Of a stretch of DNA of 64,000 nucleotides, positions 50,009 through 60,550 are shown piece by piece. Source of the DNA: a virus (taxonomy: Duplodnaviria; Caudoviricetes); IMG/VR virus record IMGVR_UViG_3300021400_003144; one strand, written 5' to 3'. The notes below the pieces were generated by a model. The model saw nothing but the letters and a program-made list of their open reading frames with translations, searched no databases and was not told the origin of the DNA. Numbering within the stretch: the first letter of the stretch is position 1; every line of letters starts with the position of its first letter. The position numbers and the translations under genes are program-made.

Positions 50009-50485
50009 ATGAGCTATAGAGTAAAAATAGATGGTCATCAGGTATTCGGAAATAATGAGAGTTATGCTCTTTGGGATGATTTTGTAGCATCACAAGGAAT
50101 TACTATTGATGAAGATGATAATTATGACGGATACACTACTGATGTGGAGGGTCTGTTTAAGGTTATTGATAAGATAACAAGGGAAAATATAGCAGACAGA
50201 CATAGAAAAGTACTAGCTGGTGAAAAGAAGATTGGTGACGAATGTAAGATTAGAGAGCTTGCTGATTTTACAGATAGCATCTTTCTTAAAGATGATACAC
50301 CACTTCTTGAGTTTGATGAATATATAGTGAAAAATGCTTATATCTTCTTGCCTCTTCAGGTTAAGAATATACTCAAGGATAAGTTGGTTAAGGCTGATGA
50401 TAGGTATAAAGACGACGTTGTAGATTGGTCTTTTACAAGTTATAAGCTTAAGGATGGAGAGAAGATACATCTTTCAGCAGGTTAA
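50009..50485 (+). CDS. Hypothetical protein
   Basis: 158 aa ORF with RBS. Confidence 0.65.
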   Translation: MSYRVKIDGHQVFGNNESYALWDDFVASQGITIDEDDNYDGYTTDVEGLFKVIDKITRENIADRHRKVLAGEKKIGDECKIRELADFTDSIFLKDDTPLLEFDEYIVKNAYIFLPLQVKNILKDKLVKADDRYKDDVVDWSFTSYKLKDGEKIHLSAG

Positions 50486-50610
50486 AGAGCAGAAAGAAAA
50501 AGATATAATAAAAAATTTGTAGGATAGTACAATGAAAATAAGCTGTATTTATAATTACTAGCTATTGTATAGTTATAGGTAATAAATATGATTTTTGGAG
50601 GATTCTAGAT

Positions 50611-51039
50611 ATGAAGATGGATGAGCTATTGATGGCTAATTTTGGTGAGTTTAATGAAACTCTTACAGTATCATTTAAGAAAACATTAATGACAGCTCCT
50701 TATGAGCCAGAGTCAGTACAGGCTGATGCTGAGGTTAAATTTACTGGTAACATGACAGCCATTGAAAGAGAGGTCATTACAAATGTACTTCTTAACACTA
50801 CTGAGTACACTGTAATCTGTCATCTTTTTAAGAAGAAGATGATTTCAGAGAGTGACTTTATTCATAGACGTTCTCTTCTTGAGGATTCTACAGAAGCTAT
50901 GATGAGGAAGTATGAGAAGCTTACTGGAAAAGATAGATATGAGATTATCAATAGAGTGAATACAGCTGAGAAAGATGTAAATCTATCTGAGGAAAAGTCA
51001 GATACAGCAAATAAGACTGAAGGTCAGGCTGAGGAATGA
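50611..51039 (+). CDS. Hypothetical protein
   Basis: GGAGG RBS. Confidence 0.7.
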   Translation: MKMDELLMANFGEFNETLTVSFKKTLMTAPYEPESVQADAEVKFTGNMTAIEREVITNVLLNTTEYTVICHLFKKKMISESDFIHRRSLLEDSTEAMMRKYEKLTGKDRYEIINRVNTAEKDVNLSEEKSDTANKTEGQAEE

Positions 51040-51377
51040 TAACATATATAATTCGTAAGATAGAAAACAATGACATAGTGGGTAAAATTATTAAGCACTC
51101 TGATGGTAGATATACCTCAGAGTGTTTAGTAGATGAAGATGATGGTGATTATCCAGTATTGCTATTTGGGTTAGATAAAGAGCTACCAAGAGATGATAGT
51201 GAGCATATAAGATATTGGCTTGAAGAAAGAGTAATACCTAAGACACGTCAAGGATTAGATTGGGTGCTTGCTTCAGTTGGATTAGATCATTGGGATTTGG
51301 AAAAGTTGCTTGAGCTAAATCATGGAAGATGTTCTATAGACAGATATTATTTGGAGATAATAAATGAAGAAGTTTAA
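51036..51377 (+). CDS. HipA N-terminal-like partner protein
   Basis: WLEERVIPKTRQ and NHGRCSIDRY. Overlaps the kinase gene. Confidence 0.65.
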   Translation: MITYIIRKIENNDIVGKIIKHSDGRYTSECLVDEDDGDYPVLLFGLDKELPRDDSEHIRYWLEERVIPKTRQGLDWVLASVGLDHWDLEKLLELNHGRCSIDRYYLEIINEEV

Positions 51378-52185
51378 AGTATCATCAAGTGAAGCAGTAT
51401 TAAGCACTTCATCTAATGGTAATCTTATGAAATGGGAAGTTGTTGAAAATAATAAGACAATTTTCATTAAAACATCATCTATAGATAGACAATCACTAGC
51501 ATTGAAGTGGATGTATGAAGCATATTCTGAAGTGATTTGTTCAAGGTTGTTTAAAGAACTTGGTGTTGAAAATGTAGTCCAGTATTATTTATGTGAGATA
51601 ATCATAGATAATAATATAAAGACAATAGGTTGTTATAGCTATTCATTTTTAAAAGATAATGAACAATTAGTAACATTAGCTCACTTAAATAAAATTGGAA
51701 AGCTTGCTAATTATGCTACATTAGGCTATGATGGATATGAGAGATGCATAAGAGATGTAACTAAGTTAACTGGTATAGATTATAAGACAGAGTTAGATAA
51801 GATACTAACACTTGATTTTATAGTATTAAATCAAGATAGACACTTAGGAAATATTGGATTAATATATAATAGGGCAAGTAAGAAAATCAAAAGTCAGTAT
51901 ATATTTGATAATGGAGATAGTCTATTTGCTACTAAGTATATTGATGATATGCAGTATGTTAGTGGACTTGACAGTTATTTAAGAGCTAAGCCTTTTAACA
52001 TTAGTCATTTAGAACAACTAAAATACACTAAGTTAGATGGATTAAAGCATATGAACTTAGATATAAGCAATACTTTAAAGTTCATAGATACACTTGAAGA
52101 TAAAGGATTACCTAAAGGAAGAATTAAATTCATTAAGAGTTTATTAATGACAAGAATTAATTATTTGAAGTCATTAAAGCTATAG
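51364..52185 (+). CDS. HipA/CtkA-like kinase
   Basis: SSNGNLMKW, YSEVICS, LDFIVLNQDRHLGNIG and IFDNGDSL. Confidence 0.85.
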   Translation: MKKFKVSSSEAVLSTSSNGNLMKWEVVENNKTIFIKTSSIDRQSLALKWMYEAYSEVICSRLFKELGVENVVQYYLCEIIIDNNIKTIGCYSYSFLKDNEQLVTLAHLNKIGKLANYATLGYDGYERCIRDVTKLTGIDYKTELDKILTLDFIVLNQDRHLGNIGLIYNRASKKIKSQYIFDNGDSLFATKYIDDMQYVSGLDSYLRAKPFNISHLEQLKYTKLDGLKHMNLDISNTLKFIDTLEDKGLPKGRIKFIKSLLMTRINYLKSLKL

Positions 52186-52193
52186 GAGTTACT

Positions 52194-52979
52194 GTGTTAG
52201 AAGAATTAAAGAAGCGTACTGAGTTTAGAAAAGAGCTAACAGATTATGTTGAAGTCTTAAGACAGAGGTCTGACCCAGCAATGATTGAAGAGTTCTCTAA
52301 GCTGAGAAATATAAGCATAGAAGCTGTTAAAGATGCAGGTATATTTTATATAGAAGATATGAGAAAAATGATGATACCTTCATATCTTGATAAGCTTGAG
52401 TTATTTGGGGTTATATCTCCTAACAATAATAAACCTATCTATCATGAAAGATGGGTAATTCCTATTAAGGATGTAGATGGTCTTGTACAAGGTCTTGTAG
52501 GCTATAGTAATAAAGCGGATGAAAGATATGTCTATGCTACTACTCAATACTATATGCGTGGAGATACATTGTGGGGGCTTGAGAGATTGGAAAAAGCATA
52601 TGAATTAGGATACGGTATACTACTTGAAGGTATTACTGATGCTATTCATGTTAGAAGTATAGGATATGTTCCAGTGTTTGCTAATTGTGGTACAAGACCT
52701 AGTGACATTAATATGGGTGAGTTAAACAGATGTAGGTTTGGAATAATCAGAGTACATGATAGAGATGCAGCTGGTTATAAGACTAGAAAGCATTGGGTAA
52801 CTAATAGGTACTGTACATTAGTTACACCAATAATGTATAAAGATAGTGATGAAACACTGAGAGAGTCTGAGGACAATGTGGTGTGGTTTAAGCAATATAT
52901 GGATGCTTGTATAAACTGGATTAAGGAAAAAGAGCATAAAGGTCAAATATGTGATACCGTGACGGCATGCATGTTATAA
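52194..52979 (+). CDS. DnaG-like DNA primase catalytic (TOPRIM) domain, lacking zinc finger
   Basis: RWVIPIKD..G, LLEGITDAI, HDRDAAG and KDSDE. Confidence 0.82.
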   Translation: MLEELKKRTEFRKELTDYVEVLRQRSDPAMIEEFSKLRNISIEAVKDAGIFYIEDMRKMMIPSYLDKLELFGVISPNNNKPIYHERWVIPIKDVDGLVQGLVGYSNKADERYVYATTQYYMRGDTLWGLERLEKAYELGYGILLEGITDAIHVRSIGYVPVFANCGTRPSDINMGELNRCRFGIIRVHDRDAAGYKTRKHWVTNRYCTLVTPIMYKDSDETLRESEDNVVWFKQYMDACINWIKEKEHKGQICDTVTACML

Positions 52980-52989
52980 AACGGATTGA

Positions 52990-53195
52990 GACTTAAAAGT
53001 TAAAAATTGACATACAGTGACTAAAAATTGAGTATCAGTAAAGCAATTCTAGCTTTTTTAAAAATTAGAAATGAATGTGATTAGTTTTAGGTAAAAGTGA
53101 GAATGGGATATACATTTGAAAAAATTTTGGGTTGCAGTGACGAAAAATTTTTGGTACAGTAGGGTCGAAAAAATTGGGTTGAAAATTTCCGAAAA
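52990..53195. repeat. Non-coding repeated element, copy B
   Basis: CAGTGAC(T/G)AAAAATT units and GTTGAAAATTTCCGA shared with copy A. GATTAGTTTTAGGTAA shared with copy C. Confidence 0.7.
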
Positions 53196-53880
53196 AATGA
53201 TAAGATGATATGGAATTTGAAATTGAAAGGTGGTGAGTTTAGATGTTTGAGAATGTGAATATTAATGAGTTAAGAGATGCCATTGGTTTCTATGAGGACC
53301 AGCTAAGAATTAACAATGAAACACTAGAAAAGCATGATGAATCTCTTAAGGAAATAGAGAAGCAGAGAATACAGGTTAATACCAATATTTATAGGTTATC
53401 TATTGGATATCTCAAGGAAATTGAGAAATATGTAGAGAATAAAAAATAAAGTGTTTAAGGCATAATAGTTGCTATATAAGCATTTGTATAGTAGTAGGTA
53501 TAATTTAAAAAATTAATTTTAACTTGATTTTTACAGTGATTGAGATTTTTAGATACTGTTAAATAGTTATAGTTATAAATTAAAAAATTATTAGATTAAA
53601 TCTGTAATTTGGCAGATATACAGGTTCATTACCTGTTAATCTAATTACAGTAGTAAGATACTGTAAAATAAAAATTATATGAATTAATTGAAAATGATTT
53701 AAGCATTTAGATATTAGTAAGTATAATTTAAAAAAATTATAATTTTGTTGTTTTATGCTTAGCAGATTAGAGTTTAATGCTAGGTATTTAACATAAATAA
53801 TGAGTATTCGGACATTGAAGGATATTCGGAACAATTAGGAAAAAATTAGGAAATCTAGGAAGAAAAAAGGAGAAAAAATT

Positions 53881-55095
53881 ATGGCAAACTCATTTTTACA
53901 GCTCGGAACTCGTGTTAACAACATCAAGTCTTATCTTGAGGGAATGTCCTCAGAGAACTCAATCAAGTACAGAGCAGAGAAGAACAAGTCTCATGTGATT
54001 TATTTCCCTACTATGCAGGTAGAGGATGAGAACGGTAATCTTGTAAATGGTATCATTTCAAGAGCAGCTAAGATTCATGAGTGGGAGTTCGATAAGAAGT
54101 TCTATTCATCTATTTGTACTGATGGTTTCGTAATCAAGAATGAAGATGGAACAATGTTAACAGATGGTTCTTGCCCATTCTGTGAAGCAGAGGAAAAGAG
54201 CTGGGATATTTTCAATTATAGAATTGACTATGAGAAAGCTCATTGTGGTAAGACAGGTGCTGATCTTGAGGCTCATATCAAGAAGTGTCGTTCAGATTAT
54301 GCTAAGGAGCTTAAGCTTAAGCAGTCAAGAACATGTATTTACATTCTTGCAGTTCAGTTTAACATTGATGATGCAAAGAATCCTGTTCTTGGTTCAGATG
54401 GTCTTCCGACATATGAACTTAAGATTATGAGACTTTCTACAAAGCAGCTTAGTGCAATTCAGACAATCATGGATAACAACAGAATCCCTCTTGCAGGTTC
54501 TGAGGTAATCTTCACTTATGGAAATCAGGACAATCCTATGAATCTTATTGGTGAGAGAACTGTAACAGCAGTATTTACTAATAACTACATTACAGTTCAG
54601 TATCCTGCTGTAGTTGACAAGATTAATGCTGATGTAGCTAAGTTTGACTGGAACGGAATTGAGAAGGCATATCCAGAGTGGAAGCCTCAGTCAACAGAAG
54701 TATCAAGAAATCAGATGGCAAAGCTCTTCTCTGCTTGGGATTATTATGTAGCTCATAAGGATGAAGGTGCTGAGTATCTTGAGTATATTGGTGCTGGTAA
54801 GGCTGTAACTAATCCATCTCTTACAGGTAATGTACAGGGTATTGGTGCAGGACTTCCTCCAATGGGAGCAATGCCTCAGATGGGTGCTATGCCAGCTCAG
54901 GCTCCTGCTCAGGGAACAGCTCCAGTTGGTGCTCTTCCTCAGATGGGTGCAGCTCCAGCTCAGGCTCCTGCTCAGGGAACAAATCAGATGGGAGCAATGC
55001 CTCAGATGGGTGCTATGCCTCAGATGGGAGCAATGCCTCAGATGGGTGCAGTTCCAACAACAGGTCTTAGTGGAAATGGTAATGTTGAAATCTAA
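53881..55095 (+). CDS. Probable single-stranded DNA-binding protein (gp32-like) with GAMPQM repeat tail
   Basis: H..C..CPFCE zinc-like motif, highly biased codon use and position near primase. The function is inferred. Confidence 0.55.
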   Translation: MANSFLQLGTRVNNIKSYLEGMSSENSIKYRAEKNKSHVIYFPTMQVEDENGNLVNGIISRAAKIHEWEFDKKFYSSICTDGFVIKNEDGTMLTDGSCPFCEAEEKSWDIFNYRIDYEKAHCGKTGADLEAHIKKCRSDYAKELKLKQSRTCIYILAVQFNIDDAKNPVLGSDGLPTYELKIMRLSTKQLSAIQTIMDNNRIPLAGSEVIFTYGNQDNPMNLIGERTVTAVFTNNYITVQYPAVVDKINADVAKFDWNGIEKAYPEWKPQSTEVSRNQMAKLFSAWDYYVAHKDEGAEYLEYIGAGKAVTNPSLTGNVQGIGAGLPPMGAMPQMGAMPAQAPAQGTAPVGALPQMGAAPAQAPAQGTNQMGAMPQMGAMPQMGAMPQMGAVPTTGLSGNGNVEI

Positions 55096-55133
55096 TGAAA
55101 TGAAATTAGACAGATAAAAGTAAGGTAGAGCTT

Positions 55134-55166
55134 AAATCACCTCGAGGTAACTCGGGGTGATTTTTT
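55134..55166 (+). terminator. Intrinsic terminator
   Basis: AAATCACCTCGAG-GTAA-CTCGGGGTGATTTTTT. Confidence 0.85.
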
Positions 55167-55306
55167 GTTGCATAAAATAAGATGTGGGTGTTTATGTAAG
55201 TGACATATAGGTTAAAAAATTAAGGCATTAGATTGTTTAATTGTTGTAAAAAAATTAAATTTTCAGAATATTTTGCAAATAAGATGTCGTTTTTTAAAAA
55301 TTTTTA

Positions 55307-55335
55307 TTGAAAAAACGAGAAATATATGTTAAAAT
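55307..55335 (+). promoter_or_regulatory. SigmaA-type promoter
   Basis: TTGAAA-17bp-TAAAAT with an extended TG. Confidence 0.6.
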
Positions 55336-55396
55336 ATATAATGAAATTTGATTTAAGGATATAATTTTTAAGTCCAAGGAAGGGAACAATCAAACA

Positions 55397-56356
55397 ATGA
55401 AGAAAAAAATCTATGACGTAATTAAGGTAACAGTATTAAGCACAGCTATTTTTTCACTAGCTTCAATTTCAACAGTATTTGCAGGAACATGGAGACAGAA
55501 CGAAAGTGGCTGGTGGTATGACAACGGAGATGGTACATTTCCTAATAACACTTGGCAGTGGATAGATGGAAACAATGATGGAGTTGCTGAGTGTTACTAT
55601 TTTTATGCTAATGGTTTAATGGCTGCTAACACAGTAACACCTGATGGTTACACAGTTAATACAGATGGAGCATGGACAGTAGACGGAAAGGTTCAGGCAA
55701 AGCATTTAAGTGGTCAGACACCAAGTTCAACAGGCTCAGCAAATGCAAATCATCAAAAGACATTGCAGGAACTCTATAATGAGAACTTTGCTAATGGAAC
55801 CTTTATTGATTATAGCAATGGTGCAAGCACTGGTATCACTGGCTTAGGTGACTCTGACTCAAGTTCAAGTTCAAGTGATGTAGAAGTTAAGTCTCTTGAA
55901 GAGTATTCAGAGTCAGAGCTTTATAAGATGATTACAGGCTCTTATGACTCTAAGACAGACCCTACAAAGGGATACAGTAATGATGAAGCTATAGACGCTG
56001 TAGTATATTTGGTAAACATTCTTAGAAGCAAGAAAGGTTTAAATGAAGTAGTAGCTGACAATACCCTCATGGAAGCAGCACAGGTGAGAGCAGAAGAGGC
56101 AACTGAGAAGTTTTCACATACAAGACCTGATGGAAGTGATTGCTTTACAGCTCTTGATGAGGCCGGATGGCCTCAGGATACACACGCTGCTGAGAACTTA
56201 GCACAGGGTCAGAAAACTGCAATGCAAGTAATGAATGCTTGGTATCACAGTAGTGGTCATAAGCATAACATGCTTCATGAAAAGAATGGTACAATAGGTG
56301 TTGGAATTACAGGAAGTGGCTATTCTACAACATGGTCACAGTTCTTCTCAGAATAA
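55397..56356 (+). CDS. Secreted cell-wall-binding repeat + CAP/SCP domain protein
   Basis: Signal peptide, GWWYDNGDG..WQWIDGNNDG..YYF, FSHTRPDG, AENLA and WYHSSGHKHNM. Confidence 0.88.
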   Translation: MKKKIYDVIKVTVLSTAIFSLASISTVFAGTWRQNESGWWYDNGDGTFPNNTWQWIDGNNDGVAECYYFYANGLMAANTVTPDGYTVNTDGAWTVDGKVQAKHLSGQTPSSTGSANANHQKTLQELYNENFANGTFIDYSNGASTGITGLGDSDSSSSSSDVEVKSLEEYSESELYKMITGSYDSKTDPTKGYSNDEAIDAVVYLVNILRSKKGLNEVVADNTLMEAAQVRAEEATEKFSHTRPDGSDCFTALDEAGWPQDTHAAENLAQGQKTAMQVMNAWYHSSGHKHNMLHEKNGTIGVGITGSGYSTTWSQFFSE

Positions 56357-56435
56357 CTTTTAAACTATAAGTTGGTTGACTGGTTCTGTTAATAGAACCA
56401 GTCATAATTTTTTTTTGAAAGGTAGTTTTAAGGTT

Positions 56436-57443
56436 ATGAGAAAATTAAGTTTAGCATTAAGTACAGTAATTCTTTCAGTAGTATCAATTTCAACAGCATT
56501 TGCAGGTTCTTGGAAACAGGACACATTAGGTTGGAAATACATTAATGATGATGGTTCAGACTTAAAGAGTCAGTGGGCTTGGATAGATGGAAACAATGAC
56601 GGTATAGCAGAGTCTTATTACTTCGATGAAAGAGGCTATATGGCTGCCAACAGGGATGTAGGTGGCTATTGGGTAAATGCAGATGGACAGTGGGTTGATA
56701 TGTACGGAACTGTACAGACAAAGGTTGTAAATAACAATATGCCTATTGCTCCTGTAACTCAGACAGGAAACACCAGTACAGGCAATATTTATGACAATAT
56801 GTCAATTGCGGAATTGTGTAATGTTCTTAACAATCTTCAAATGGGAACTCAGGAATGGTTTACAGTTAATGAAATATTAAACAATAAAATAAATACAGAA
56901 AAACAAAATAAAGCAACTGAATATGATAACATGGATTATGATGATTTAAAGCAGATAGTCACAGATTCATGCATGGCAGGCACTCCTAATCTTCAAGCTA
57001 TGGAAGCTTTGTCAAGAGCTGATGCAGCAGGAAAATGGAAAACAAGTAAAAAGGGTATGGCAATGAATTACAATACTGATATTAATGAAATGAGAGAATA
57101 CATTCTCGATAAAATCAATGAATATCGTGCAGAAAAGGGCAGAACCTTACTTGAGCTGGATGATGAGCTAACTGATTATGCTCAGACAAGAGCAGAAGAA
57201 GCTGATATAAAATTCAGTCATACAAGACCTGATGGCTCAAACTGTCTTGACGAACTTTGGGAGATGTATCCAAATCATATTATGAATGAAAACCTTGCAA
57301 CAGCATTTGCTTACAAAGATGTAGCAAAATCATGGTATAACAGCAAAGGTCATAAGAAAAATATGCTTGATAGCAGAATTGATAGATGCGGTATCGGTAT
57401 ATATAACGATACTTTCGCTTTTATTGGTTTACAGGATAAATAA
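56436..57443 (+). CDS. Secreted cell-wall-binding repeat + CAP/SCP domain protein, tandem paralog
   Basis: Same motifs. Start moved to ATG 56436 because the track start lies in a hairpin. Confidence 0.85.
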   Translation: MRKLSLALSTVILSVVSISTAFAGSWKQDTLGWKYINDDGSDLKSQWAWIDGNNDGIAESYYFDERGYMAANRDVGGYWVNADGQWVDMYGTVQTKVVNNNMPIAPVTQTGNTSTGNIYDNMSIAELCNVLNNLQMGTQEWFTVNEILNNKINTEKQNKATEYDNMDYDDLKQIVTDSCMAGTPNLQAMEALSRADAAGKWKTSKKGMAMNYNTDINEMREYILDKINEYRAEKGRTLLELDDELTDYAQTRAEEADIKFSHTRPDGSNCLDELWEMYPNHIMNENLATAFAYKDVAKSWYNSKGHKKNMLDSRIDRCGIGIYNDTFAFIGLQDK

Positions 57444-57540
57444 TCAAATATTTTAATAATAAAGACATATAAACTTAATTTGTGCTTATTGATAGTAAAT
57501 AAGTATAAATTAAGTTTATTTTTGTTTTGGAGGGAGAGTA

Positions 57541-57891
57541 ATGCTATACATTACTAGTTGGATTAAAGAGTTAGAAAATAAGCATAAAGAAAATTCAGAG
57601 ACATTTAAAAGACTTAAGAATAACTATAGGAGTAATGGACTGGACTCCTATAGGATTGACAAAGAATTTAAGGAAGAGGATGATGAGTTTACCACTAAGA
57701 AAGAGTTACTGACTAAGTTAAACAATATAGTAGACTTAGATAAAAAGTATTCTAATGCTGAAGAAAAGAAGCTAAGAGTAGGTGAAGATGTTAAGATGGC
57801 TTATTTTGAAGCAATTAGGGCTATCTTAAATAATGAAGATGCAGATGATAAAATAAATAAATTTGAAAGTTTAATTAAATTAGGGGAGTAA
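57541..57891 (+). CDS. Hypothetical protein
   Basis: GGAGG RBS. Confidence 0.65.
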   Translation: MLYITSWIKELENKHKENSETFKRLKNNYRSNGLDSYRIDKEFKEEDDEFTTKKELLTKLNNIVDLDKKYSNAEEKKLRVGEDVKMAYFEAIRAILNNEDADDKINKFESLIKLGE

Positions 57892-57896
57892 GATAA

Positions 57897-58679
57897 ATGA
57901 AGGACATTATGAAGAAGAGTTTTTATACTCTTGATAATGAAATGCGAGCATATGAGAGTGTTTTAGAACAGAAGATTTTACCTGAGATGTTCATGGTGGC
58001 TAGACTGGATGGCAGGGGATTTAGTAAGCTGACAGCTGAAACATTGAAGTTAGACAAGCCATTTGATGATAGATTCAGAGATTGGATGATAGAGGTCACA
58101 AAGAGTTTGGTAAATAACAGTGGATTTAATATAGTGTATGCATATACTCAGAGTGATGAGATTAGTTTACTCTTTAGACTTGATGAAAATGCTTTTAATA
58201 GGAGGATTAGGAAATATAATAGTTTACTGGCTGGACTTGCAAGTGCTGAAATGAGCATGTTAATTGGAAGAGTAGTAACTTTTGATTGTAACATGACAGC
58301 ATTTCCAAAGATGTCTCAAGTTACAGAGTATTTCAGATGGAGGCAGGAAGATTGTAACAGAAATACATTAAATGGATATTGCTATTGGACATTAAGAAAA
58401 GAGGGTAAGTCAGCAAGAGAAGTAACAAGGATTCTTACAGGTAAGGGTGTAGCATTTAAGAATGAGTTATTGTTTGAGCATGGTATCAACTATAATGATG
58501 TTGAAGCTTGGAAGAAACGTGGAGTAGGCATATATTTTAAGACTGAGCTAAAGGATGGATATAATCCAATCACTAAGGAAGAAGTTAAGACTCTAAGAAA
58601 TAAGATGATAGTTGATTATGAGCTTCCTTATGGTGATGATTACTTAAAATTTATAATGGAGATTACTCCTGATAGATAA
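57897..58679 (+). CDS. tRNA(His) guanylyltransferase Thg1-like 3'-5' polymerase
   Basis: RLDGRGFSKL, KPFD, YTQSDEISL, YFRWRQED and GINYN...KRG. Confidence 0.93.
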   Translation: MKDIMKKSFYTLDNEMRAYESVLEQKILPEMFMVARLDGRGFSKLTAETLKLDKPFDDRFRDWMIEVTKSLVNNSGFNIVYAYTQSDEISLLFRLDENAFNRRIRKYNSLLAGLASAEMSMLIGRVVTFDCNMTAFPKMSQVTEYFRWRQEDCNRNTLNGYCYWTLRKEGKSAREVTRILTGKGVAFKNELLFEHGINYNDVEAWKKRGVGIYFKTELKDGYNPITKEEVKTLRNKMIVDYELPYGDDYLKFIMEITPDR

Positions 58680-58941
58680 GAGGTGCAAGTAGTATGAATA
58701 AGAAGTATTATGTAGAAGTTTATGAGGACAATCAGAATATAGGGTTATTACAGCAGTCAAGTGTATATTATCATAAGATAACATGGACAAACAAATTAGA
58801 AGATGCTAGAGCATTTGATGATGAAAGTAGAGCTAAGAGTACAGCTAACTTGGTAGAAATGTTGAGCGGTAAGAAGTATAAAGGTAAAGTTGTTTATATG
58901 TGAGTACCTTGGATTTGGTTTGTTAGGACAGGAGGTTTAAT

Positions 58942-59763
58942 ATGGAAGGACGTGACATACTTAAAATTGCTTCTGGTGTTTTCTTAGGAGCAGTTATAGT
59001 TATAGGTTGTAAAGAGGGCATGCTTAAAGATGTTCAGGACACAAGATATGTGAAGATAGAAGATGCATCTGATAAAACTGATAACATTATATCAACTGAT
59101 GGTGAAGCAAGTATAAAGGTTGTTCCAGATATGTTTGACCTTGAGTTTGGAGTTAAGTACTTTGGTGAAGATGGTGCAATAGCTCAGGATAAAGTTAATA
59201 CAAATGTGAATACTATTATAGCATCTTTAAAAGAGCTTGGTGTTGATGAGAAGAGCATTAAGGTTGAGGATGTTATACTTAATCCTGAGTATTATAGTCC
59301 TAGATATGGAACTGATGAATACAAAGAGCCTGAGTTAAAAGGATATTGGGCTACAGTTAATGTTAGCTTAGACGGAGTTGATTTAGATAAGTCAAGTGAA
59401 GTTATTAGTAAGTGCGTTGAGAATGGTGCTGATAACTTAAATGGACTCAATTATAGATATAGTGAATATGATAAGGTGTATAATGAAGCTCTTAAAGAAG
59501 CATCTAAGCAGGCTAAGGATAAAGCAAGTGCTGTAGCTGAAGCTCTTGGTGTTAGTATTGATGATGTTAAGACAGTTAATACAGAATATGATGGTAATGA
59601 TAGAGTTTATGTAGATACATATTCTTTAAAGGCTATGAACAATACTAATGATGCTGGAGCAGTTACAGAATTGACAAATGAGCCTGGTGAGATTGAAGTA
59701 ACAGCTAGAGTTCATGCTGAGTTTACTACAAAACCTGAGAAAAGAATATATGAGCAGGGTTGA
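58942..59763 (+). CDS. SIMPL (DUF541) domain protein
   Basis: GEASIKVVPD, LNPEY, ALKEASKQAKDKA and PGEIEVTARV. Confidence 0.85.
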   Translation: MEGRDILKIASGVFLGAVIVIGCKEGMLKDVQDTRYVKIEDASDKTDNIISTDGEASIKVVPDMFDLEFGVKYFGEDGAIAQDKVNTNVNTIIASLKELGVDEKSIKVEDVILNPEYYSPRYGTDEYKEPELKGYWATVNVSLDGVDLDKSSEVISKCVENGADNLNGLNYRYSEYDKVYNEALKEASKQAKDKASAVAEALGVSIDDVKTVNTEYDGNDRVYVDTYSLKAMNNTNDAGAVTELTNEPGEIEVTARVHAEFTTKPEKRIYEQG

Positions 59764-60445
59764 TAGAATTGAGGGCAAAGGTATGTTTGAGAGTGACAGA
59801 TATAAAAACTATAGAAATCCTGCTTATAGAAATATAGCTGGTACGAGAAGAAATGGTCATGTAATAGATAACTTTCAGTTTAATGCTAATAATGTAGTAC
59901 ATTATGATGAAAGTGATATACATGGAGATTTACTTTATAATAGGAATTTAGACTGGGTTGGAAATTCAACTATACTAGGAGTTTATGATTACATAGGTAA
60001 GAAAGCACCTTATATGGTATTAGACATTAAGAGTGCAAGCAAGGAGTTACTTAATAGTTACTTTGATAGTAGATATAGAGCTATGAATAGTGTATGGTGT
60101 CATTCACCTGGTATCATTGCTGATTGTGAGAATAACAAAGTAATTAAGATTAAGGCTTTGATAGGATTTGTACCTATTGAAAATATTAATGATGAACTGT
60201 TAGGAGAGTACATATTTAATTATCTATCAGACATAAGAAATGTGTGTACTCATTTCAGATTAAATGTAAATTTTAAGTTGTATCTTAAGAAAACCGATGG
60301 TAAGAAGTATACAGAAGTTGGTGTGACAGAGTTTATATCAGAAGTACCATTGAAGTATAACGGAAAGTACAGTGAAGCTGAAGTGAGATACAAAGTTAAT
60401 GAAAATGAGAAACTATTAATGCACATAGGTTCTATTGAGAGCTAA
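59714..60445 (+). CDS. Hypothetical protein
   Basis: Long ORF. True start is probably the ATG near 59750. Confidence 0.6.
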   Translation: MLSLLQNLRKEYMSRVDRIEGKGMFESDRYKNYRNPAYRNIAGTRRNGHVIDNFQFNANNVVHYDESDIHGDLLYNRNLDWVGNSTILGVYDYIGKKAPYMVLDIKSASKELLNSYFDSRYRAMNSVWCHSPGIIADCENNKVIKIKALIGFVPIENINDELLGEYIFNYLSDIRNVCTHFRLNVNFKLYLKKTDGKKYTEVGVTEFISEVPLKYNGKYSEAEVRYKVNENEKLLMHIGSIES

Positions 60446-60504
60446 GATTAGAGAATAAAGAGCATCTGAAAAGGTGCTCTTTAATTTTTATTTATAAAAA
60501 TATA

Positions 60505-60533
60505 TTGACAAAACTAAAATTAAGTTATATAAT
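60505..60533 (+). promoter_or_regulatory. SigmaA-type promoter preceded by terminator (60457-60482)
   Basis: TTGACA-17bp-TATAAT. Confidence 0.85.
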
Positions 60534-60550
60534 ATAAAAAGTTAATAAGA

